Part shown: positions 52,956-64,000 of the stretch, piece by piece | Layout: the number at the start of each line of letters is the position of its first letter | How positions within the stretch are numbered: position 1 is the first letter of the stretch | NCBI GenBank assembly: GCA_012295275.1 | Contig: CM022673.1 | Span: 310,001 to 374,000 of the forward strand | Length of the DNA stretch: 64,000 nucleotides | Source: Chrysomallon squamiferum | Taxonomy: Eukaryota > Animalia > Mollusca | Direction of reading: 5' to 3' | Position numbers and translations under genes: made by a program | Notes under the pieces: generated by a model | The model's input: only the letters and a program-made list of their open reading frames with translations | What the model was told of the DNA's origin: nothing | Database searches by the model: none

Positions 52956-55900
52956 TCTCGTCAGACATTATATAATATAAATCAATACATTTCTTACAGA
53001 CTGTTTTGAAATACGATGCAGTATGCGATGATTAGACACACATTTTTGATAAGCTATACAAACATGATTGTTTTGTATATGTATATTTTCTTACACGCGG
53101 AAGAGTTTATTTTTGGTTTTCCTTTTCCTACGTTGCCAAAAAATTATATTTCTGGCACACATCTGCGAGAGAAGAATGACTTGCTCATGCGTATAAATCA
53201 GATGTAGAAAAAAGTGCTTGCTGAAATAAAAGTGAAAATAACTGTAAAAAAGAAGAGAAATGAAAATCAACATAAAAAAATATACAAATAGTAAAAGAAT
53301 AACAATGAAATGAAATGTATGTATGTACACACATGCACATTACACACACGCACACACACACACGCACGCACATACATACATACATAAAATAAATTTAGAA
53401 GAAGCAACGAACAATAATCAGAAGAAAGAAATAGCATTAATAATACACGCAGACAAGATAAATGTTAATAAGACGCTAATGTCTCTTAGCTTCGAGAATT
53501 AATCATTACTGGAGAACGGCAAAGCCGCATCAGAGTTCTCAGTCGCCACCAGTTAACGAAACTCTATCACAGCATTCTCAGGTTCTTACTGAAGACTAAA
53601 CACGTGTTTGCACGGTACCGTAAGACTCGTGTTTTCTTAACAGTTTAAAAAACACTGTGGAAGGTTGTTTAGAAATGGTTTAGAGGCAGTACGCCTCCTC
53701 GTGTAATTTAGTAAGAGCCACCTGTGAAGATGTAAACCATACACTTAACAGTTTAAAAAACAATGATTTCACTACTGCACATTTCTGGCTAGTATTTAGC
53801 AGCACTTTAAAAATTCTTACTTTTGAACCCATTTAGTTCCGTTTAATGAGATAAACAGACAGAAACAACACGAGCCAAAAACTTAACTTCGAGTCGGGTT
53901 TATGAAATGTTAAAGGAAAGAAAAAATATTTTATTTACGGCATCTTCAGCATTTTTTTAAAAATGCATTGCTCTGTTACAGAATATAATTATATTATTAA
54001 AGAACCAAGTAAACAAAGAAAAAAACAAAAAAAAATAAAATAAAAATAAAAACAAAAAAAAGAAAAAAGAAAAGAAAAAAGAGGGAAACTGACGCCATCA
54101 AGTGATTAAAAAATCAAATATCACTAGCTTAGACGTGAAATAGAACAATGACCGCAAATAAGAAAAACAGTTCAAGTGACCTTTAAAATCTTCAGAACGT
54201 TGCTTAACTGCTGAATTAAGCCGGCAGGAAATGTTAAATCTTTGATTAAAAACTCTACAACAGTAAGTAATTTAGCAGTCTAGAGTCTACATATCTACAA
54301 AATGTTTTAAACATGTTTCTTAACAATCAGCATGATATCACTTTAGTGGCATTACAACGCATGCCAAAAATCTATTCTCAGAAGATTGAAGATAATTTTG
54401 TGTGACGGAATGTCAATAAAAAATAATGTATAAAGTGTTAGGTTTTTTGTTGTTGTTGTTTTCTTGTGTTTTATTTTTTTTTTTTTTATAATTTATTTTA
54501 TATTTGATAAAAATCTGGCCATAAATCAGATTAAATCACAGAAAATTTGTATATTTAAAATGGAAAAAGAGAATTAAAAAAGAGATGAAGAAGATTTGTA
54601 TTAGATGTGTAGAAAATACCAGATAAAAGTGACTGCACTTGTTCTCTGAAGAAACTGAGTATAAATAAGTATATAAACATGTATCTACATTTATTTAGTC
54701 TCTATGGCATTTCCATCTATTGGACATTTCTTTTTATGAAACGAATTTAAGGTAATACATATGCGCAATTAAAATACTACGAAAATCGTCATCAGAATAT
54801 ATATATAATCATATTTATTTAATATAGTCCCACATTAAAGCGTATCTTTGGTAATACAAAGAAGTGATAGTATATATTCGGAGAGATGTATTATTTTATT
54901 GCCATATGATGTAATGATTTAACTAGTCATCCAAGACAGTAAATAATAATTTCGAAAACATTTAAAATTTTACTTCACCATTTAATCACAATACAACAAA
55001 TACACTTTAACCAGATGAAGATAATAATTATTTAAAACTTTTTTTTTTTTTTAAATGATTTTACTTACATTTATTTTGTTTTTCATTAGCTAATTCACTG
55101 TATATAATTCATATAGTAAAATATTTTAAACCTATCATCAAGTTTTATTTTGTTAGATCATCATGCACAAGCCGAGGTAAGTAAAATTGTGAAATAACGA
55201 TGCTCACACCCAACCAAAGCGTGAAGTCATCAAATAGTTTCCGTCTGTCTGTATTACATTTTTGCTGTGTCCCACCTCATCTCCCTTGTGGATCTATAAT
55301 TAAGATTATATTATTTAGATATGTTCTGATTTGTCCCTGTCCAACGAGCCTTAACATACAGTGTGACTTGTAATAAAATCTACCCATGACTGTAGAAACA
55401 AACAATTAGACTAATTTTGGATGCAATTATTTTATTTGTACTAATTTCCATGCTTTTCCAATAATAAAGTATTACACACAATAATACTTTAAATTATAAC
55501 TGACTGAGGATGCACGGATATGTAACCTTTGTCTGAAGGAAGTGACTTTACTGTGTTCAAAGAAATATGTAATAATTCCTGACAGATTGAAGATATAGCA
55601 AACCAGAACAAACAAAATTATATATATATATATATATATATCAATATGTAATGACTTATTTGGTCTGGGTGTTTGGTCGGACGACTGTAGGAAATGACGT
55701 CAAAAATAAAACGCATAATCGTCCTTACAAACCACATCAGTTTGTTACCAGCAATGTTTGTTCACCAAAACAAATAAACTATTGTTCATTCTTGGATCGT
55801 TATCCTTGTATATACTGAAATGGGTGAAGAAATAATCGGGACTTGTAAAATTTTCAAATTTAAACAGACTTCCAAAATAAAACTCAACTTCTCTTTTCAT

Positions 55901-57209
55901 TGCAAGTCGCACTGTATAAAACCATTATAGCTTTAGATCTTAAACTCTTCCCCGTTTACCTCCAACTTCTGGTGATAAATAATCCCAGTAATGATAATTT
56001 TTAGTATCAAACAATGTACTCGAATCAGTTACCCGTAAGTTTTTTTTTCTAGAACAATTTTAAAACAACAAAAGTCATAATGACAATAACAACAAAAAGA
56101 ATAATAACATCAACAAAAAATTACCCATAATTGCAACTCTGCATTTTTCAGCTATAGAAATAAATATGAACATTTTTGTAAATTAAATTTCACTGAAATA
56201 TCGCTTTTGTTTTTTCTCCATAATAGTATTATACTAATGTTTCAATTTGTACAGTTAATTCCATAACATCATCCATGCATCTAGAATTAGTCTGTTTATT
56301 TAAAGGTAATAAACAAATATAAATACACACACACACACGTGTGTGTATATGCATGTTTTAATTGTGTTTCTGTTGCAGCTTCAGGAACACGACGATTTTA
56401 CTATTATTTCAGGATTTTTAGAAGAAATATTTAAAAATTTAAGTCTAGTTCGTTAATGTTACTAAAACCCTTTCTGGAAAACTATTTGGTTTTCTAATCC
56501 TAACATAAAGACATTGATAATAGGAAGGTAGTGAATAACTTCAGTTTTTATACTTAAACATATGTTTAGTGTTTCATATACCACTATTATTAACCCGTCG
56601 ATTAGCACACATCCATTTCTGAGACAACCCCTCACCTTCCTCCGACCTTGTTTTAGGTGCAGCGTTTGATTTCTTCACTAGAAACTGACAATAATAATTT
56701 ATGTATTTTAGAATACGTTGCAGTACGTTTATATATTGTAGACTACGTAGTACTTCGTTTATGTATTCTCGAATATTCAGGCATTCCTGGACTCGTAGCA
56801 ACAAGTGTATGACTTCATTCTAGTATAAATCGGAGTACTTTATTCTAGAATATGTATCAATACGTGTATGTGTGTCTGTGTATTTATACACACACACATA
56901 CATACATACATACATATATATATACATACATACATACATACATATATACATACATACATACATACATACATACATACATACATACATACAGATATTCTGT
57001 TATAGTTAATTGCACGTTTATAATCATTATACAACATCAATGGTACTGATAACAATGATAAAAAGTAACTACGACTGTATAATATGATGTAATTACAAAA
57101 ATATATTTGATAAAAGAGTGTTATAGTGTTTTATATAAATACATAATATTTATTATTATAATTATTATCGCTATTGTTATTATTATTCTTATTATAGGTC
57201 TGAAGCACA

Positions 57210-57937
57210 ATGCCTTTCAAGCCGGCCGAAAACCCCAAGTGTCCAAAATGTGGAAAGTCTGTGTACGCTGCGGAGGAGAGACTCGCAGGCGGCTTCAAGT
57301 GGCACAAGATGTGTTTCAAGTGTGGTGAGTTAGTACAACACACACCAGTTATGTTTACTGCAAACCAATATTCAGTAACTCGGTCCTAGGTATTACTCAG
57401 TTACGGAATATGTTTACACTTTAGTAAACTGAAAACCAATGTTTACAATAACTCACAGTTCTACCAATACGTTTAACTCTTTAGTTAGCTAAACACAACA
57501 ACTCATAATCCTACCTGTCACAAAGTTACCTCTACGTTTACCTCTACGTTTACCTCTACGTTTACCTCTACGTTTACCTCTACGTTTAAAATACAATAAA
57601 TCAGAGACCTACGTATTGCAAAGTACGTGTAACTCATTAGTAGGCCGAAAACCTAAACACAGTTACTCATAACACAGCGTATTACTAAGATACTTACACA
57701 TTTACGATTTACATAAACAAAATATTTACACAATAGGTTTAAGCTTTAGTAAACTGAAACCAGTGTTGAATAACTCGGACCTACACATTGTTAAGTTACC
57801 AATACGTTTACACATTTGTAGACCGAAAAAGTAAATGCAACAGCTCAGAGTGTAACGTATTACATTTAGTAAGTTACCAGTACGTTTATTAGAATATAAA
57901 TAAGAATTCATGGATTTATGCTCTTTTTTTTTTGGCT

Positions 57938-57968
<31 letters not shown>

Positions 57969-59582
57969 TTATTTTGTTTATTGCACATAATAAATTGTAA
58001 AAGGTATATAAAATATTTATTTTTTATTATTATTTAGACTGACATATATACTTTTGATATTTTATTTATTTATTTATTTTTGCTGATCATTAATTAAAAC
58101 AGAACTATGCAACAAAATGGTAGACAGCACCAACGCAGCGACACACGAAAGCTGTCTGTACTGCAAACAGTGCCATGGAAAAAAGTTTGGACCCAAGGGT
58201 TACGGCTTTGGGGGCGGGGCTGGCGCTTTGAGCATGGACACTGGAGAGAGACTGGGAAACAAAGAGAGCGAGATGAGGTACTGTGTTGTAATCATGTAAT
58301 GTGTAAATGCATGACATTTTTAAAATATCTTATTTCACTGTAGTAAAGTGCAATATATAATTTGTTTTCATTGTTATTCTTTTTACGTTTTTTTTTTAAT
58401 TTTAATTTTTTAAATTTTAAATCCAGCAACAAGCCGTCAATGCCAACTACTGGTGGCTCGTCCGGCATTGGACCAAAATGTCCTCGATGTGGAAAGACCG
58501 TGTACGATGCTGAAAGAGCCATCGGAATAAACACCGTGAGTTTACCTGAACAGTTTTCTTTTCATTACTACTGTCAGCACCAACATGCAAAATATTCTGT
58601 GCATATAATAATATACATAATGAGTTACGTCTTTGATTGATTTTGTTATTTGCTTAGTTTATCAAACACACAAGAGTGTGTACACCCTGAAACTCGAACT
58701 ATTTATTGCAGCCATCTTCCATTTCGAATTACTGAGGTTTGTCTGTGTACATATATTTGTATGTATTTTATACGCATACATATAGCCAGTACCCAACACA
58801 TACGTTAGCAAACAAATCTAACAGTAGAAGAAAACAGTGACCATACTAAAACAAGATAAAGGCAAACAGAGTAACAGTGACCATACTAAAACAAGATAAA
58901 GGCAAACAGAGTTCAGTAGTTGAATTAAGATAACTTAAAGAATCATTTTTATTTTCGCAGCCATGGCATAAGAGCTGCTTCAGATGCAAGAACTGCGGCA
59001 AAGCTGTGGATTCGAGCACTTCGGCCTTTCACGATGAGGAGGTGTACGACAAAAGTAAGTCAGTTGGTTGATCGTGTACAGATGATCTAAACAGTCGAAG
59101 CGATCGGACTGGTCTTAAAGCAGCGAACTTTCGTATTAAACTTAACAGCATTTTCAGTTAGTCATTGATTATTAAACATTTTCCTACTCAGATGGTTGAT
59201 CAAAGGAATTTCTGCAAAATGTTCATGTGTGTGTTAAAGGCTAAGTTAGAAGAGTTGGTTTAGTTATCTTACCCCTTATTGCTAGCAGCTAATAGCTAGG
59301 TACAATTCCAGAACCTACTAGTCTAAAGGTTGATGGCTTAACTGTGATCATACTGAGACAAATGGAATTAAAACTAACGAAAATTATCTGTGAAACATAG
59401 TCATATTAATTAACACTTGATTAATATCATATACATATTAATGATGAATTACTGTTCGAAATTTTTCTGTATCGTAAATATAGTTTTTCATGAGTTGTGC
59501 ATTTTTTTCGTTATAATGAGTCATGTATATTTGTTTTGCAGACTGCTACCATAAACTCTTTGGGCCTCACGGTAAAATATAA
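57210..59582 (+). CDS. CSRP: Cysteine- and glycine-rich protein / muscle LIM protein (two LIM domains)
   Basis: Exons 57210-57324, 58103-58277, 58427-58535, 58961-59054, 59542-59582. [23 protein letters not shown]...WHKMCFKC...[24 protein letters not shown]; second [16 protein letters not shown]...[11 protein letters not shown]...[16 protein letters not shown]. Confidence 0.95.
57526..57588 (+). repeat. 12-bp minisatellite (TTTACCTCTACG) x5 in the LIM gene intron
   Basis: tctacg recurs at 57531, 57543, 57555, 57567 and 57579. Confidence 0.95.
58833..58912 (+). repeat. Perfect 40-bp tandem duplication in the LIM gene intron
   Basis: aacagtgaccatactaaaacaagataaaggcaaacagagt x2. Confidence 0.95.
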
Positions 59583-61176
59583 AAGGTGAATACGCCGACA
59601 GAATTTTGCCGCCATTTAACGTCAGCAAACGTCTGCACTCGACGGAAGTCGTCTGATAAACCAAGATGCATAAAGATGGAGAAAAACTTGATTTCACTTG
59701 ATAAATGGACACGGCATCTTATTATTTATTATTCTCCTGCATTTTTTTTTTTTTTTTTTTTCCTCAATTCGTTATATTGCTGCTTTCTTTTATAATTAAT
59801 TTGTTATTTAAAAATAATGCATGCTAAATTCATCCTCTGCTATTTTAGTTCCGCATCTGGAAGACAACCATGGATTGTTATTATTAAAAAAATGTTTTAT
59901 CATTGTAAGACACTTTTTGTCATTTGTTGGAAATTGGTTTATTTAAATGTATTGAAAATCTTGGTCTTTTCTCTAAATAATTTACTAGCAGCAAACACTT
60001 TGTACCTGTTTGCTTAAAGGTTTAACAAAATTCCTGATTATTAGTTGTTAACTCAAATGTCACCTTTCTCAAGCAGGAAAAAAAAATCAAAATATTTGGC
60101 AATTTACATAACACAATAATTGCCATTAATTTTCTACCAAAAATTAAATGTAATCTTTACTCCAAGTAAGTTAATAAATCCGAGAAAATGTTTAATTTTC
60201 AAACAAAAGGCCAATATCCTTTTTCTTCGTATTTTCATGACGAATTTTCTGTCACTGAAACGATATTATTTCACTACATGTTTCTGTTTTCGTTGCTGAA
60301 ATTGTTCTTCCCCACTTTCATTAGAATAAAATCTTCTTTTCTTTATTTATTAGATTAACTGTTAGTAAAACTGTTTGAAATATATAAAATAAACTGTTCT
60401 ACATGATTTTTTGGTCTGTTTTTAAATTTGTTGAATCTTTATCTATTTTGATCTGTCTAATACACACTCACACACTGATACAAACACACGAACAGTCACA
60501 AACACACATACCCATGTATAAAACATTAATATATACACACATACCTAGGTACACACACAAGAACACATATGCACAAACATGCATATTCTCACACATACGG
60601 ACACACATATAATTATTAATGTGTTGCATATTAAATATTGTATAAAACACGAAAAATATTTCTAAACCATTGCAGGAACGTTCGAGTAGTTTCGAATGAG
60701 ACTGAGTGAAAAAAGTGTAAAGTTGATGAACCCTCATTCTATCAGGAATTTTTGCATTTGCTTGTTTTTCTACCATAAGATAGTATGTAATGTAATATAT
60801 ATATATATATATAAATATAATTATATAATTGTATAATTGTTATTTATAATTTAAAATAATACCACTCGTATACTTTAAGTGCAGAAACATGCCAGTGAAA
60901 TAAGCACCCAGTCGCTCACGTAGTCTAATTCGAACACAAAAAACTGCAACAGACATTGTTTAATTACTTCCTTTTTGTTTTCTCCATCTCATCCAAATAT
61001 TAAACTATTAGAACTGGCACTTGGTTAGTTTTAGCGTTTAAATGACAAAACTAAGAATGGACAATGACATTAGAAAAATATATATTACAAAGACATTTTT
61101 ATGCACTGTTTAACAAACGTTTGCAATTGGTGTTAGTAATGAACTTCAGCTTAAAATTGTTTAAAATTTGCTACTG

Positions 61177-61181
<5 letters not shown>

Positions 61182-61251
<70 letters not shown>
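61182..61251. repeat. (AG)n microsatellite
   Basis: Perfect run; another lies at about 62378-62442. Confidence 0.95.
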
Positions 61252-61253
<2 letters not shown>

Positions 61254-61678
61254 TTTATAAATAATTATATTCTAAAATCCCTGAAAGACTGAGGATATGA
61301 GGATATTGTAAATGATATACTCAGTCTGTATAGATCATTTAAACGAAGATTTCTTTACTTTCTTTCTTTAACATTTTTATGAAAGGAAAATGTTTTCAAA
61401 AAAAAAAAAAAAATAAAATAAAATAAAATAAAATAAAATAAAAATAAAAATAAAAATCGAACTCGACAGTTCATTCACTCAAAGAACTGTACTTTTAATA
61501 TTTCGATTTTTTTTTCGTTTATGGAAATATAGCTGTTAGCATTATAAGAACCATCAAATGTAACACTGAAAAGTGCACTATTTGCCTTCGCTGTGTTCAC
61601 TAATTTGTGAATCTATTTGCCTCGGCCTCCGTTTCCTTCTTCCTCAAACTCCGCTCTTGACTGAGAAGACCAAAAGAC

Positions 61679-62374
61679 ATGTTGTCATCGATCATTGAAA
61701 AATTACTTTCTGCTTCGCTCGTAATTGCTGTCTTTCTTTCTGCTTTTCAATTGGCAAATACTGCTTCCAAGAGTAAAACGTCTCTAATATCCGGTTTTAA
61801 ATAATTAGGTCACGCGGAACTTCATGACATCGGCTGTTCTCGCGATCTATTAACACATCCGGGCATTTGTTACGTCAAAGACTACCGGATCAGAGGTCAA
61901 TCGTTCCACAAATGAAATCGTATTGCTAAGACTCTTAGTAAGAGTAATAAAATGGTGGCAGATTTACGTGCAGTGTATTATTATTTTAAAATTCATTGCA
62001 TATTTATTTAAATTGTTTATTATTCTTACAAATCTGTCTACACACAACTACAGAAAGGAAAATACGAAAGTAAAAAAGAAAGAAAAAAAAAAAAAAAAAA
62101 AAAAATAAGTCGATCGACCGCAAAATTCTTTAACATATTGGTTTTTTATAATTTAATTAGTAATGTATAAAAACAGTAACAGATTTATTTTATCTATTTC
62201 TGAATGAAATTAAACATAAAATTGCGAAATTAAATAAAGTAGAAGATTATTGAATCTTGATTTAGCTTAATGTTTCATTTCACTTTATTGCGGTGACTGA
62301 TTAAACAAATGAAAACCATGTTGTGTTTTTGTCATATATATTTTTAGCTCATATCAAATAATATGAAGACAGAG

Positions 62375-62443
<69 letters not shown>

Positions 62444-64000
62444 ATTTGGAATTAGCTTTATCAGTTATTGCAGAAAAGGAAGAGTTTCAAAATCATTATT
62501 TTTAAGACAAAGGAATCTTCTAGAAAACACGTTTATTATTATTATTATTATTATTAATATATATTTTCCTTTGAGTTTCTGCTTATACAAAAACTTCTTT
62601 CTAATTGAAGAGCTACCCTTAATGTGAAGGAATTTTACAACAAACAAAAATTCAAGATATAAAATAAACGAATACAAACAACAAAGAAACAAAATGTAAG
62701 TAATTTTTATTGATATATATATATATATATTTTTTTAATTCAAGAAATAAGCTAAAATATATGAAATCATTTAACGCAAGAAAGACAAATATTTTATTAT
62801 GTGATAAGAATACTGTGCAGTTAAAATGTAATTCATATACAAATTAAGTTTAATAAAAGATGCAGTTAAATCAGGCTGAAATAAATAAGATCAAGTTATG
62901 TATGTATCTATGTATGTATGTATGTATGTATGTTTGTGTGTATGTATGTATGTATATATGTGTGTGTGTATGTATGTATGTATGTGTGTGTGTGTATGTA
63001 TGCATCTATGTATGTATGTATGTTTGTATGTAAGTATGTATGTATCGGTGTATGTGTGTATGTACGAACGTGTATGTACGTACATGCCTGTATATATGTA
63101 TGTATGTATAAAATGTGTATATATATAACTATAGATGTATGTGTGTGTATGTATGTATGTATGTATGTATGCACCTATGTATGTATGTATGTATTTATCA
63201 TTCAAGCTTATTCATGTACACAATAATAAACTAAAAGTGCAGGACGACACATTTAATAATGTTGATAATCTCTTCTCTACAGTCGTCGTGGTTGTCGTTG
63301 TAAAATGTGTTTCTTCTTATCTATTCTTAAACAGAACCAAACAGAACAGAATAAATTAGTAATTATCTACAGCATCAGCATTGTGCACCACGTGATCTAG
63401 GGGTGATGTGGACAATACTAAGTGTAAACGACTTGACGTATTACAATTGAAATGCTAACGAAGACAGACAGTACGACATACACCATAAACACGGTAATAC
63501 AAACAGTGTACGTCAAATTATAATCACGTGATTAATTGTAACAGACGCAAAGAAAGAAAGAAGAGCAGAAATAAATAAATAAAAACAGGGGAGAAAAAAA
63601 AAAAAAAAAACCCTGAAAAGTGCACAGATTAGTGAAACAACATTATTAATAAAACAGTTACAGTATGAAATTATTATTATTTTTTTTAAGTTCTGTAACA
63701 GTAGAATCGGATATAATATGGATTTTTAAATTATTTTTTATTCAATTTAATGCAGAAAGAATAACTTTGATGAATAATGGTTGAATAACTGAATGAATAA
63801 ATAAATAAATAATCATCAATTGCACAAAACCCCCAAACAACCAGCTAATTAATGCACATTATAATTTAAAAGCTATAACAGACAACTATTAATTATTGAA
63901 ACAAACTGATCACAGACAAACTATAACAGTGATTGTGTTCTGTATTCAGTGACCTTGCTTTTTGAAACTGATTCATATTCTCAGGTGTTGCTTTCGACGT
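61679..64000 (+). CDS. Candidate 5' end of a secreted-protein gene running out of the window
   Basis: 61679-61772 encodes signal-peptide-like MLSSIIEKLLSASLVIAVFLSAFQLANTASK and ends at a phase-1 donor A|gtaaaa. A phase-compatible acceptor ttctcag|GT GTT GCT TTC GAC lies at 63985. Confidence 0.4.
62897..63193. repeat. Imperfect (TATG)n/(TG)n microsatellite
   Basis: Tetranucleotide run; similar (CATA)n at about 56885-56990. Confidence 0.9.

Noticed and set aside
53510-53650. GC-richer open frame (GERQSRIRVLSRHQLTKLYHSILRFLLKTKHVFARYRKTRVF)
   Set aside because: No start codon or convincing splice sites and no recognisable homology.
62891-63359. Cluster of overlapping MYVC/HTYI ORFs
   Set aside because: Translations of a (TATG)n microsatellite; the same applies at 56840-57055, 43197-43598 and 60403-60776.
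1-64000. tRNA, rRNA or snRNA genes
   Set aside because: None recognised by eye; only a decayed A-box-like motif in a SINE-like fragment. tRNAscan/Infernal would be needed to exclude them.

Overview
AT-rich, microsatellite-dense eukaryotic genomic DNA with spliceosomal GT-AG introns. An invertebrate, plausibly a mollusc, is inferred from gene content and repeats but cannot be proven from this window. I reconstructed six intact multi-exon genes by hand: (1) a minus-strand NLR-like gene encoding CARD + STAND NTPase (nSTAND3-like) + ankyrin repeats + an ARM-like tail, 5' end unresolved; (2) LRRIQ1 (+, about 29 coding exons); (3,4) two LITAF-domain paralogues facing tail-to-tail, the second lacking the PPxY-rich N-terminus; (5) a signal-anchored JmjC (cupin_8) oxygenase with a thioredoxin-like segment; (6) a two-LIM cysteine-rich/muscle LIM protein with an unusual Cys-to-Asp zinc ligand. 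Also present are a hAT-type MITE with TIRs and an 8-bp TSD, a Tc1 transposase relic, degenerate SINE-like fragments, a candidate small minus-strand spliced gene and a candidate signal-peptide first exon near the right end. Most short ORFs in the supplied track are microsatellite or antisense artefacts. The most striking item is the CARD-STAND-ANK-ARM receptor.
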